This document shows, in pieces, positions 37,714 to 46,814 of a DNA stretch of 64,000 nucleotides; positions within the stretch are counted from its first letter, which is position 1; each line of letters begins with the position of its first letter. The translations under genes were made by a program, and so were the position numbers. The DNA is from an uncultured Gammaproteobacteria bacterium (GTDB lineage Bacteria > Patescibacteriota > Microgenomatia > CAYXHB01 > CAZYTL01), in assembly GCA_964650355.1 (NCBI GenBank), contig CAZYTL010000004.1:67912-131911 (forward strand), given 5' to 3'. Below the pieces are notes generated by a model. That model had not been told where the DNA came from. It saw only the letters and a program-made list of their open reading frames with translations, and did no database searches.

Positions 37714-38472
37714 TTATATTCCTTTCTTGCTTATGCTTTGTCCAATAGAAACCAACTCTCTAAATAGGTCCGTTAAAGAGACCTTAGTTAACTCACTGCT
37801 TGATTCCGGTTTGGTATTTATATCCAGTTCTAAATTACTTAAAAAAATGTCCTTTGTAGCAGATTTTGTAACATTATCCGACGTTTGAGGGCTTACTCTA
37901 AGAACAGCCCATTTTGTTAATCTATTTATTTTTATCCCCTGATTAGTCTTTGCTTCAATAGGTTTATTGATCTGAAACATAAAATTCTCTGTTTCTCCTG
38001 GTTCAATATCAAGTTTTAAATAAGAATTAATATCTTTGTAACCAACTTCCCTATTTGGAACCTGATTTACCAAAATCGCACCAAAGGCGAGTCTAGATGC
38101 CTTTATGTCTGAACACTTTTCAATAAATTTTTGCGTAACATTCAACCACCCTTCTTTGAGATTCTCAAGACTACCTAAATTAGTAAATTCCAAAGAGCCG
38201 TCTTCTTCAAAAAGGATATCTTGTTTTGTACGATATACGAAATCAATACGCACAGGAGTTTTGATTAACTCCAAAATACCTTTCTCATAATCACCCACTA
38301 ATCTAAATTCTCCACTATTTGGAGAGAAGTTTCTTGAATCTGGCTTCGAGTCCAATAATTTTTCCCATATTTCATCTACTTTCAGATCAAAGTTTAGTTT
38401 GGGAAATAAAGTTAGACGAAACAACTTAACACCCCAATTAACATTTTTTTCGTACTTTCTTTTCTTTACCAT
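37714..38472 (-). CDS. Hypothetical protein, TIGR04255-like
   Basis: RIDF, RLAFG, FQIN.P, INRL.KW and LELDINT pattern recalled from this sporadically distributed family. Confidence 0.5.
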   Translation of the reverse strand: MVKKRKYEKNVNWGVKLFRLTLFPKLNFDLKVDEIWEKLLDSKPDSRNFSPNSGEFRLVGDYEKGILELIKTPVRIDFVYRTKQDILFEEDGSLEFTNLGSLENLKEGWLNVTQKFIEKCSDIKASRLAFGAILVNQVPNREVGYKDINSYLKLDIEPGETENFMFQINKPIEAKTNQGIKINRLTKWAVLRVSPQTSDNVTKSATKDIFLSNLELDINTKPESSSELTKVSLTDLFRELVSIGQSISKKGI

Positions 38473-38735
38473 ATATCTATCAAGAATTATACCTCAAATT
38501 AAAATATCCTCCAATTCGCATTTATATTTCCTCCTCACTAAGCTTCTGGAGTAATTCACCTCTTATATTTAACCAACCAACCCTCCGTATTCCTCAGACT
38601 GCAGAACCTACTTCGACCCCCTTAAACAAACACCCCAGGCAGGACCCGAGGCAGACGAGTTAAATTATCTATTCGCAGTCTAACAGTTAAAGCGCTAATT
38701 ATCAACTCCAACCCACCTCTCACACCCACTCAAAA

Positions 38736-40985
38736 TCACCCCACGGTCTGCTCTCCCAGCATCCCCTTTGGTCTGGGTCGTCTCACCGGACCCGACCTCC
38801 GGATATCAGTCCCCACACACCATGTAAACTTAGTACCTTCAGGGAAGCGCTTTCTTTTATGAACTAAATCCCGTTCCAGCCTTTCACTCATCTTCCACAC
38901 CGTTTCCACCTCAGCATCAGCTGGCAACTTCATCTTCCTCCTTAACCAAGCCTGATATGCTCTATTCGCATCCCCGGACGGCTGTCCAAAACTCACATAA
39001 CCAGTGGTCGCAACTCTTTTAGGCGTCCTCTTCACATGAGGTCTTACCGCATGAGTCGGCGGGCCCATTGGCTCTGCAGGGTTCTTCTCCTGTTGCACTC
39101 CAATATTATCCGCATTACAACACGATTCCCGAATCAAAGGGTTCACCACCGCATATTCCATCCACCATTTGATATTATGAGGCAAAGGAGGATCAAAATC
39201 CTCAAATTTAGGGCCAAAGTCCCCGTAACCTACATGACAAACCAGATCCCGATTAGTTTCAAAATAAGGTTTTTGTGGCTTTAACCTAATAATCACATCC
39301 CAACCACCTTGTTCATCATTTTCTTTAATTTCTACATTCCTGATTAACTTTGACAACCCGTGACCCTTAAAATCATACCTATCCCATTGGGTATCTTGAT
39401 AAAAATCCCGCATTTTTTGCTGTTGTTCCAAACTTCTTTGCAACGCTAAAATTGAATTTCTTTTCACATCTTCAGGCAACCATCTCTCCAATGCTAATGC
39501 CACCTCGTTAGTCGGCACCACATTTTCGACTAAACAATATATCGAGTCCTCCTTCGGTAAATTTCTCGCCGTTGCAAAACCAGACTTATAAATTTGACTC
39601 TCGGTTAATTCACTCATGACCTCAATTAATTCCTCCCTATCTCGATTCAATCTTTCTTGAAGTAACTCATTGATTCTTACATAATCCCACCTTCCTTCGG
39701 CTTCAAACATTGCGTAACCAGACGCCCCTTCAATTACAAACCAGGTACCAACGACCTCCTTACCTTCTCCTTTGTAACTCGCACCAAACCTATTCTTCAC
39801 ATCTTCTATCACCGCTAACACCAAGTCCGCACCCACCTCTTCATAAGTTCTGGATCTCATCGGCAACCCCCTATACAGAATATTCTGCGGATAAGGCAAC
39901 TGACTAACATCCAGCCCAAAGTCAACTGGCTGATCAAGATATAGATTGTATAAATCACGACTATCACCCATCAGCCTCTCGTCATACTCTAATAATTGCC
40001 TCACCCTCTCCGAATTTCTTATATCCGACCGAGCCGCTTCCATCAACTGCGCTGAAACCGGATAATTGGCTATCGCCCACCATTGATCATCACGCAACTC
40101 AGTTCCCATTGCCTGCCCAATCAAAACTCTTTCTTGCTCAGGAATCCCTTTCAACAATTCAAACAATAAGTGCGGATATGATCTTTGACTACGCAAATAC
40201 TCAGCCGCTGCTTCTATCCTCGCTGCTACCAACAACTGGGATCCCTCTTGCGCTTCAAACTTGGGCTCCCATCCAATTCTCTGATTTAGCAAATGCGAAC
40301 TCTGTAAAATGTCCTCTGACTTCGTGTGCATATCATCCCATTCCGGATCCATCATCGAATTTGTCACCTGAATCGCTTCCCAGGCGGGAGATCCGCTTGA
40401 ATCACCCAACGACGGTAGTCGCAAAATTTTAGGAAATCCGCCCCCTACTAACCTATCAAATGTGTGGGCTGACACCAAAAAGTCACTTCCCGTAGGCTCC
40501 CTTGAAGCCATTCCTAATGCATGTAGCGTATTCACCACTCCCCTAGTATTAAAACCGGTTCCGGTATATTGATCTTCGATCACCCCGGTCAATACCCTTT
40601 CGGTTAACCTTCGTTCAAAAAATAACCTGTCACTCACTCCTTCCACTTCCTCTCTACTTAACACCATCGTACTTGCATCCCATAATCGGACTGCCTTTCT
40701 CTCATCTAGCCGTACCTCTGCATCCTGCCAATAAACAAAATCTCCAAAGATATTAACCATCCGACCCAAGGTTGCATCCAAATTCGCTATTCCCTGTCTT
40801 GAATTTCTTCCCAATAAACCCAAATCGTCTCTTCTCAAAGAAGCTAACATCAGAAACTCACCCAATCTCCATGGTTCATGTTTTAATACAGCAGCATTAT
40901 GTTGTCCGAAATGGCCACTATCTGTATCCTGTACTCTTTGAGGTAAATAAAACTCACCCTGTTCAATCGAGACTCTCTTTGACAT
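38736..40985 (-). CDS. Large hypothetical protein (about 749 aa)
   Basis: Long ORF; start placed at MSKRVSIE; C-terminal HAVRPHVKR motif. Confidence 0.75.
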   Translation of the reverse strand: MSKRVSIEQGEFYLPQRVQDTDSGHFGQHNAAVLKHEPWRLGEFLMLASLRRDDLGLLGRNSRQGIANLDATLGRMVNIFGDFVYWQDAEVRLDERKAVRLWDASTMVLSREEVEGVSDRLFFERRLTERVLTGVIEDQYTGTGFNTRGVVNTLHALGMASREPTGSDFLVSAHTFDRLVGGGFPKILRLPSLGDSSGSPAWEAIQVTNSMMDPEWDDMHTKSEDILQSSHLLNQRIGWEPKFEAQEGSQLLVAARIEAAAEYLRSQRSYPHLLFELLKGIPEQERVLIGQAMGTELRDDQWWAIANYPVSAQLMEAARSDIRNSERVRQLLEYDERLMGDSRDLYNLYLDQPVDFGLDVSQLPYPQNILYRGLPMRSRTYEEVGADLVLAVIEDVKNRFGASYKGEGKEVVGTWFVIEGASGYAMFEAEGRWDYVRINELLQERLNRDREELIEVMSELTESQIYKSGFATARNLPKEDSIYCLVENVVPTNEVALALERWLPEDVKRNSILALQRSLEQQQKMRDFYQDTQWDRYDFKGHGLSKLIRNVEIKENDEQGGWDVIIRLKPQKPYFETNRDLVCHVGYGDFGPKFEDFDPPLPHNIKWWMEYAVVNPLIRESCCNADNIGVQQEKNPAEPMGPPTHAVRPHVKRTPKRVATTGYVSFGQPSGDANRAYQAWLRRKMKLPADAEVETVWKMSERLERDLVHKRKRFPEGTKFTWCVGTDIRRSGPVRRPRPKGMLGEQTVG

Positions 40986-41233
40986 ACCTTTAAATGCAAC
41001 TTCACAAACCAAATATTTGATATATTATACTATGAGACAAAACAACTATCAATAAACCGACTGAATCAAACCGTCCCTATCCTCGACTGATAAAACCAGA
41101 CTTTCATATCCACTCAAAATCCGGACGCACTCCAAAAGGCTCTTCCAGCCCCACAACCAACCCAACTCACCTCAAAATTTCCTCCGTCGCCACGAATTAG
41201 CTATAATATAGCCAATTCATAGCACCCTCTTTC

Positions 41234-41938
41234 ATGACAGAACTCGATCCGGCCACTCGAAAGGCTGCCCTCCGACTCTTGGAATCAGACTCCCGAACCA
41301 AAGGTCCCGATTACTGGAATAGTCGCACAAAATGGCTGATGGATAAATATCTTAGCGCCTCATTAACCATTCCCGCCCTCGGCATTTGCTTCGCCACCGG
41401 GTTACAGATCTTTTCTCTGGATAGACACTTTCCTTTTGTCAGTCTACCCAGATATCACCCACTTTACGGCACCCTTTACCAATGGAAACTCAGAACCATG
41501 CCCCCCGGAACAGACAAACAACCTCAGCCCAACTGCGCTGCAGAATTCCGACACCTTAAAATGTCCGGTGACCCTCGGGTTATTCCCCAAGCCATGATTT
41601 GGCGCAGAACCAGTTTCGACGAAATGCCTCAGATTTTTAATGTCATCATCAATGACGATCTCCGTCTGGTTGGTCCCCGGCCTTTATCACAACCTGAATG
41701 GATTAACGATATCGAGCCTCGTTCCCACCTAGAACCTTATCAAACATTTGTCCACAACCTAAATGCAGGCTTGGGATATGGGACCACTTGTCTTGCCAGT
41801 ATCTTAGGCAGACATCAACTTCAATTCGAACAAAGATTACAACTAGACAATCTCTACGCCTCACACGCCTCTGCCGCAGCAGACTGGCGCATCTTTCTTC
41901 ATACATTACTAGTCCCCCTTAAGCTCACCGGCGCTTGA
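41234..41938 (+). CDS. Bacterial sugar transferase (polyprenyl-phosphate hexose-1-P transferase, WcaJ/PglC-like)
   Basis: KLRTM, DPRV, RRTSFDEMPQIFNV, LVGPRP, LDNLY. Confidence 0.85.
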   Translation: MTELDPATRKAALRLLESDSRTKGPDYWNSRTKWLMDKYLSASLTIPALGICFATGLQIFSLDRHFPFVSLPRYHPLYGTLYQWKLRTMPPGTDKQPQPNCAAEFRHLKMSGDPRVIPQAMIWRRTSFDEMPQIFNVIINDDLRLVGPRPLSQPEWINDIEPRSHLEPYQTFVHNLNAGLGYGTTCLASILGRHQLQFEQRLQLDNLYASHASAAADWRIFLHTLLVPLKLTGA

Positions 41939-41955
41939 ACCAACCCACTCTCCAA

Positions 41956-42327
41956 CTATCCAATCCGTCCTGTACCCCATTCTCTCGGGCCCATGTCAAA
42001 CCATCTTCCTATCTCTCGCCACCCTTTCGCCACTTCGTAATCTTGCTCGCTCGGCTGATCTCCAATTCCCTTAGGTGCCATCGCCATCCCCACCATCCGA
42101 TCACACAATTCCCTAGTAATCTTTACTCCCTCAAGTAACGGCCGCACAAAAGCCCCTACCACCTGCCCGCCTTCCCGCATCAAAATTCCGCACCGCACCG
42201 CCACAGGAGAAGCTTTAATATGCGCCCATTCATGCGCAATCACTCTTTCTGCATATTGAGGAATCTTCTCCCATAGAACTTGGCCCATCCGAACAGGTGA
42301 GCCCTGCTCAACTGCTCTTAATTTCAT
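41956..42327 (-). CDS. Small HEXXH zinc-binding hypothetical protein
   Basis: IAHEWAH; leaderless TATAAT-N7-ATG. Confidence 0.6.
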   Translation of the reverse strand: MKLRAVEQGSPVRMGQVLWEKIPQYAERVIAHEWAHIKASPVAVRCGILMREGGQVVGAFVRPLLEGVKITRELCDRMVGMAMAPKGIGDQPSEQDYEVAKGWREIGRWFDMGPREWGTGRIG

Positions 42328-42386
42328 TAAGTATATTATACCTTATTAGAGAGCCTCCCTATCAAATCTTTCCACGACTCATTGCT

Positions 42387-43674
42387 TTACTGTTCAATAT
42401 AATCCCTTAAAGTTCTGGCCTTTTGGGGAAGTCTTAATTTTCGTAATGCTTTAGCCTCAATCTGTCTGATCCGCTCCCTGGTCACCCCAAATTCCTGACC
42501 CACCTCCTCCAAAGTCCGCGATTGGCCATCAACTAAACCAAATCTCATCTCCAAAACTTTTCTTTCTCTATCAGATAATTCGTCTAATAAATCTCCAATT
42601 TTTTCTTTTAATAACGCCTCCACGGCTGCATCTTCTGGTCGAATCGTTCTTTCATCTTCAATAAAATCTCCTAACGTGCTGTCTTCCCCTTCCCCCACCG
42701 CCTCTTGTAGAGAATCTGGTTGCTGAGTCAATCGGCGAATTCCCTTTATTTTTCTCACCGCCTTATCCCACTTCTTTCTAACCGTCGCATCAAGTTTGGG
42801 TGTTTCTCCCTCCATCCATTCCCTGATTGCTCTTATATCCTCCTCACCCAAAAGTCCTATTTCCAATTCCAATGCTAATTCTTCTTCAGTTGGCTCTCGC
42901 CCCTTTTCCCCGAGCAACCTTCTTTGCCCGCGATTCAGACGACTAGCAGTCTCAAGCATGTGCACCGGCAGTCTGATTGTTCTTCCTTTATCGGCCAGCG
43001 CCCGTGTTATAGCCTGACGGATCCACCAACTAGCGTACGTAGAAAACTTATATCCTCTCCGATAGTCAAATTTTTCCACCGCCCTTATTAGCCCCCACAT
43101 TACCCTCCTGAATTAAATCTAGGAAATGTAAACCACGACCCTGATATTTTTTGGCCACACTGACTACTAACCGTAAATTAGCCTCAATCAAATGCTCTCT
43201 GGCTCGCTCGCCTTCCTCTACTTTTCTTTCCAATTTTTTTCTTTTCCCTTCATCTAATTCACTCGCTTCTAATTTCTTCGCTGCTTTCCGGCCCCGTTCA
43301 ATTTTTTTAGCCAGACTCACCTCTTCTTCTTGAGTTAACAAGGGTCTTCTAGCAGCTTCCCTCAGATAAAAACCCACTGGATTATCCCTCGGATTTAATC
43401 CCCCATCGTCTCCCTCATCTTCAATGGTTAGCAATTCTTGTTCACGTTCAATTTGCACCTCTAAATCCTTTAATTGCTCCTCTGTAGGCTCCTTATCGCT
43501 ACTCTCATCCCTTCCCACATCTCTAGCCAGACCCCCTCCTCCTCTTCTCTCATCAGCTGTCTTCCGCGCATAAAATTCCCTTCCTGAAAACAAACCTGGT
43601 CTACCTCCCTCATCCGCCCGAATCCCCTCCGGCAATATCTCGGGACTAAAGGCAAATTCAGGACTCAACACCAT
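42387..43674 (-). pseudogene. rpoD: RpoD/SigA-family sigma-70 factor interrupted by a +1 frameshift in a G5 run (43092..43096)
   Basis: Region 1.2 ([15 protein letters not shown]) and 2.1-2.2 ([23 protein letters not shown]) are in one frame. [42 protein letters not shown] are in the next. Removing one G restores EGNVGLIRA. Confidence 0.85.
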
Positions 43675-43783
43675 CTTGCCCCTATTTTATATCTTACTTC
43701 CCCCACCCTCAACCTCATCACCACCATACGAATCTGCTGGTCGCCAACAGCTAATAAATCCAGTATTATAACCAAAAGTCACC

Positions 43784-44197
43784 ATGGATTTCCCTCTACT
43801 TCTCACTGAATTAAAGGATCTTAACCTCCCTCCTGAAGAATTCGTAATCATCAACTCAGGGTCTTTGGCCGTTCGTGGCATCCGGGAAGCTCAGGACCTC
43901 GACATCGTCCCCAGCCATCAACTCTGGGAGAGACTAGCCAAGAAATATCCCATTAGCAACACCCCTTATCGCCAGATGATCACCCCTTCTCCCCACATTG
44001 AAATCCTCGGTCCCAGTCATCAACCCGATTTTGATCTTTTTTCCAACGAACAACTCATCGCGCAGGCCGATATCATTGATGGCATCAGATACGCTAATCT
44101 GGAAACCATTAAAACCATGAAGCGCAAAATGAACCGCCCCAAAGATATCAAAGACCTCCAACTCATTGACCGCTACCTGTTCAAACAAAACCAATAA
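43784..44197 (+). CDS. Small nucleotidyltransferase-fold hypothetical protein
   Basis: SGSLAVRGIREAQDLDI (GS...DxD), RPKD..D. Confidence 0.65.
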   Translation: MDFPLLLTELKDLNLPPEEFVIINSGSLAVRGIREAQDLDIVPSHQLWERLAKKYPISNTPYRQMITPSPHIEILGPSHQPDFDLFSNEQLIAQADIIDGIRYANLETIKTMKRKMNRPKDIKDLQLIDRYLFKQNQ

Positions 44198-45637
44198 TCA
44201 CCTGACATTCCTCTTCACTTTCGCCCCCTCTTCCGTATCCTCCACCGTATACCCCAGATCCTCAATCTGCTTCCTCAATTCATCCGCTTCCTCCCACTTC
44301 TTCTCCCTTCGTAAAGTCTCTCTCTTATCAACCAAATCTAATACCTCTTTCGATACTTGATACTTAATACTTGATACCTGATACAAATTTAGTCCCAGCA
44401 CCTGGTCCCAATCCAGCAGCAAATCCACCTTGTCATAACCAGGAATATTATCTTTCAGCATCTCCCACACAATGGCCAAAGCCCCTGGCATATCCAAATC
44501 ATCTTCAATCCGTTCTCTAAACCTCGCCTGCCACATCTGCACCTTCTGCAACTTCTCTTCCGACAACTTAGTTCGTGACTCTTCCTTTCCTTCAACCCTA
44601 GATCTCATCTCCGCCAACCGATCTCTTAACTTATTCAAAGCAATTTGCGCCCCCTTCAGCGCCTCCCATGTAAAATTCAATTCCGTACTATGATGGGCTG
44701 TTAAAAACAAATATCTCAAGGCTATCACATCGAATCCCTTCTCTTCCACATCTTCGACTTTGACCAAGTTTCCTAAACTCTTACTCATCTTCTGTCCTTC
44801 GACCTTTAAAAAATTATGGTGTATCCAGTACTTTACCCAGGGAGACTTTCCGGTAGCTGCTTCCGACTGGGCAATCTCATTGGGATGGTGCACAGAGAGA
44901 TGGTCTTTTCCGCCGGTATGAATATCAAACTGCTCTCCCAAATATTTCATACTCATCGCCGAACACTCTACATGCCACCCTGGGAATCCCTCTCCCCAAG
45001 GGCTGTCCCAATGCATCACATGGTCGGCAAACCGGCCAACCCGCTTAAACCACAAAGAAAAATCGGCCGGGTGTTTTTTATGTTCACCAGTCTTAACTTC
45101 TTCGCGAACAGCAACCTTTTTATCTTCGAGCTTTTGTCCAAACATCTTCCCATAATCTTTAAATTTAGTTACATCAAAATACACCGCTTCTTCAGTCTCA
45201 TACCCATATCCTTTCTCAACTAATTTCCTTACCAATTCGATCTGCTCCGGAATATGTTCAGTAGCTTTGCATATGACATTAGGTCTCAATATATTTAATT
45301 TATCCATCGTCTGATAAAAATAATCCGTAAAATACTCTGCCACCTCCCACACAGTCTTCCCGAACTTCTTCGCACCTTTTTCCAGCTTGTCTTCACCTTC
45401 GTCAGCATCTGAAACCAAGTGACCTACGTCAGTCACATTTTGTACATGTTTTACCTCATATCCCAAATATTCCAAAGTTCTCCGCAGCACATCATCATGA
45501 ACATATTTAAATCCGTGCCCGATATGCGCATAGTCATATACTGTCATTCCACACGTATACATTCCCACTTTTTTCCCTGCAGGATCAATTGGTACAAACT
45601 CCTCTTTCTGGCGAGATAAAGAATTATACAATCTCAT
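44198..45637 (-). CDS. cysS: Cysteine--tRNA ligase
   Basis: MYTCGMTVYDYAHIGH, PGWHVECSAMS, DIHTGG.D...HH.NE.AQS, KMSKSLGN, C-terminal anticodon-binding domain. Confidence 0.97.
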   Translation of the reverse strand: MRLYNSLSRQKEEFVPIDPAGKKVGMYTCGMTVYDYAHIGHGFKYVHDDVLRRTLEYLGYEVKHVQNVTDVGHLVSDADEGEDKLEKGAKKFGKTVWEVAEYFTDYFYQTMDKLNILRPNVICKATEHIPEQIELVRKLVEKGYGYETEEAVYFDVTKFKDYGKMFGQKLEDKKVAVREEVKTGEHKKHPADFSLWFKRVGRFADHVMHWDSPWGEGFPGWHVECSAMSMKYLGEQFDIHTGGKDHLSVHHPNEIAQSEAATGKSPWVKYWIHHNFLKVEGQKMSKSLGNLVKVEDVEEKGFDVIALRYLFLTAHHSTELNFTWEALKGAQIALNKLRDRLAEMRSRVEGKEESRTKLSEEKLQKVQMWQARFRERIEDDLDMPGALAIVWEMLKDNIPGYDKVDLLLDWDQVLGLNLYQVSSIKYQVSKEVLDLVDKRETLRREKKWEEADELRKQIEDLGYTVEDTEEGAKVKRNVR

Positions 45638-45722
45638 TTACCTTTATTTTAAACTTTAATTTAGTTTCTAGCCATTCTATCTAACCTTACAGCAGCTAGC
45701 ATTAATTACTCAACTGAAACTT

Positions 45723-46496
45723 TTAACTATCCTTATCCCATTCTCCGTCATACTCTAAAATTCTAAATCCTTCCGCATACTTCAAACCAACCATTTCTCC
45801 TACTCTTTCTGCGGTTCTGGTTAGCATCCTTTCCACCTTTTTCCATTGTACTTCCCGATCAAACTGAGACACAAACCCCTCCACCGTTTGCAATCTCTCC
45901 TGCCATACAGATTCCACATCCACCACCACATTGGCTTCCGCCGGAGCAAACAACCACACCTGTGACTTGGGAGACAAAAACCGATCACCCAAACCGTTTT
46001 TTTTCACCCACTTCGGCAGAGTAGCCATCATCACTCCCACATTCACCGCCCATGCCAAAGCCCGATGGTCCGGATGCACATACGCATCATACCTACCCCA
46101 CGGATCAAATGAAAACACCAAGTCGGGTTGCTCATTAAAAAGAACCTTAACTACTCTTTTGAGTAACTGTTTTTTCCTATTCTGCAAATCCAGGTCAGCA
46201 TAACCCCAAAACTTAATCTCTTTAGCCTCAAACTTCTTAGCGGCTATCTTCGCCTCTGTCATCCGCATACTCACTAACTCTGACCTGTCCTGATCATGAT
46301 CATGAGTGCCCATGTTTCCGTCAGTGGCTACCACCACCTTCAAACTATTATTCTGCTTTGCAGAACCTAACTGTATCAGAGTCCCCGCCGCCAAAAACTC
46401 CGCGTCATCACTGTGCGCCCCAAACACCAAAATGCGCTTTTTCTTAATCTTGCTAATATCTATTAAATCTGGTTTCAAAATCTTATAACCACCCAT
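45723..46496 (-). CDS. PIG-L/LmbE family N-acetyl deacetylase (MshB/BshB-like)
   Basis: AHSDDAE, TDGNMG, R..EA, HPDH, F.SQ, YAEGF; start placed at MGGYK. Confidence 0.88.
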   Translation of the reverse strand: MGGYKILKPDLIDISKIKKKRILVFGAHSDDAEFLAAGTLIQLGSAKQNNSLKVVVATDGNMGTHDHDQDRSELVSMRMTEAKIAAKKFEAKEIKFWGYADLDLQNRKKQLLKRVVKVLFNEQPDLVFSFDPWGRYDAYVHPDHRALAWAVNVGVMMATLPKWVKKNGLGDRFLSPKSQVWLFAPAEANVVVDVESVWQERLQTVEGFVSQFDREVQWKKVERMLTRTAERVGEMVGLKYAEGFRILEYDGEWDKDS

Positions 46497-46507
46497 AATA
46501 AAAGTGT

Positions 46508-46618
46508 TTAGTATTTGGTATTTTGTATAACGTATTAAGCATTGTGGTACAAAAATCACCACTGCTAAAATCCGACCTTTGCTATACCTAATACCTGATA
46601 CCTCATACCAAATACCAA
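46508..46618. repeat. Two heptamer arrays in inverted orientation
   Basis: ttagtat ttggtat tttgtat aacgtat taagcat ... ataccta atacctg atacctc ataccaa ataccaa. Confidence 0.65.
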
Positions 46619-46619
46619 T

Positions 46620-46643
46620 AAAAAACCTCCCTGGTCAGGAGGC
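46620..46643 (-). terminator. Intrinsic terminator of the cysteine attenuator
   Basis: Minus strand GCCTCCT-GACCA-GGGAGG followed by T6. Confidence 0.8.
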
Positions 46644-46697
46644 TAACATAAATCTTAAAAACTGTTTGTGATCTAAACCACAAAACCGCCTCCCAAC

Positions 46698-46745
46698 CTA
46701 AGAGGAGGCGCAACAACAAGCTAAATTTTTACCTACAATTCGCAT
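46698..46745 (-). CDS. Cys-rich leader peptide MRIVGKNLACCCASS (attenuator uORF)
   Basis: ATG CGA ATT GTA GGT AAA AAT TTA GCT TGT TGT TGC GCC TCC TCT TAG, upstream of the PIG-L-cysS genes and overlapping mutually exclusive hairpins. Confidence 0.8.
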   Translation of the reverse strand: MRIVGKNLACCCASS

Positions 46746-46814
46746 AAAATACCTATTAAAATTCTTAACTTACCCGAATCTTATTCTACACTATCCTAAA
46801 TGTCAACCACCCTT

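Noticed and set aside
38670-38700. Integron attC site (GTCTAAC / GTTAGAC)
   Set aside because: The core sites are adjacent with no room for L boxes, there are no further attC-like sites and no integrase.
44198-45637. MshC rather than CysRS
   Set aside because: It retains the C-terminal anticodon-binding domain and the full CysRS length.
46783-46806. Non-canonical short-spacer promoter class (TTGACA-N12-TAGAAT; also N13 at hsp20 and N7 near 27290)
   Set aside because: Spacings are inconsistent, other promoters here have normal 16-17 bp spacers, and an extended -10 (TG) can explain activity.
46497-46810. T-box riboswitch upstream of cysS
   Set aside because: No AGGGTGGNACCGCG T-box or stem I motifs; the leader-peptide attenuator explains the region.
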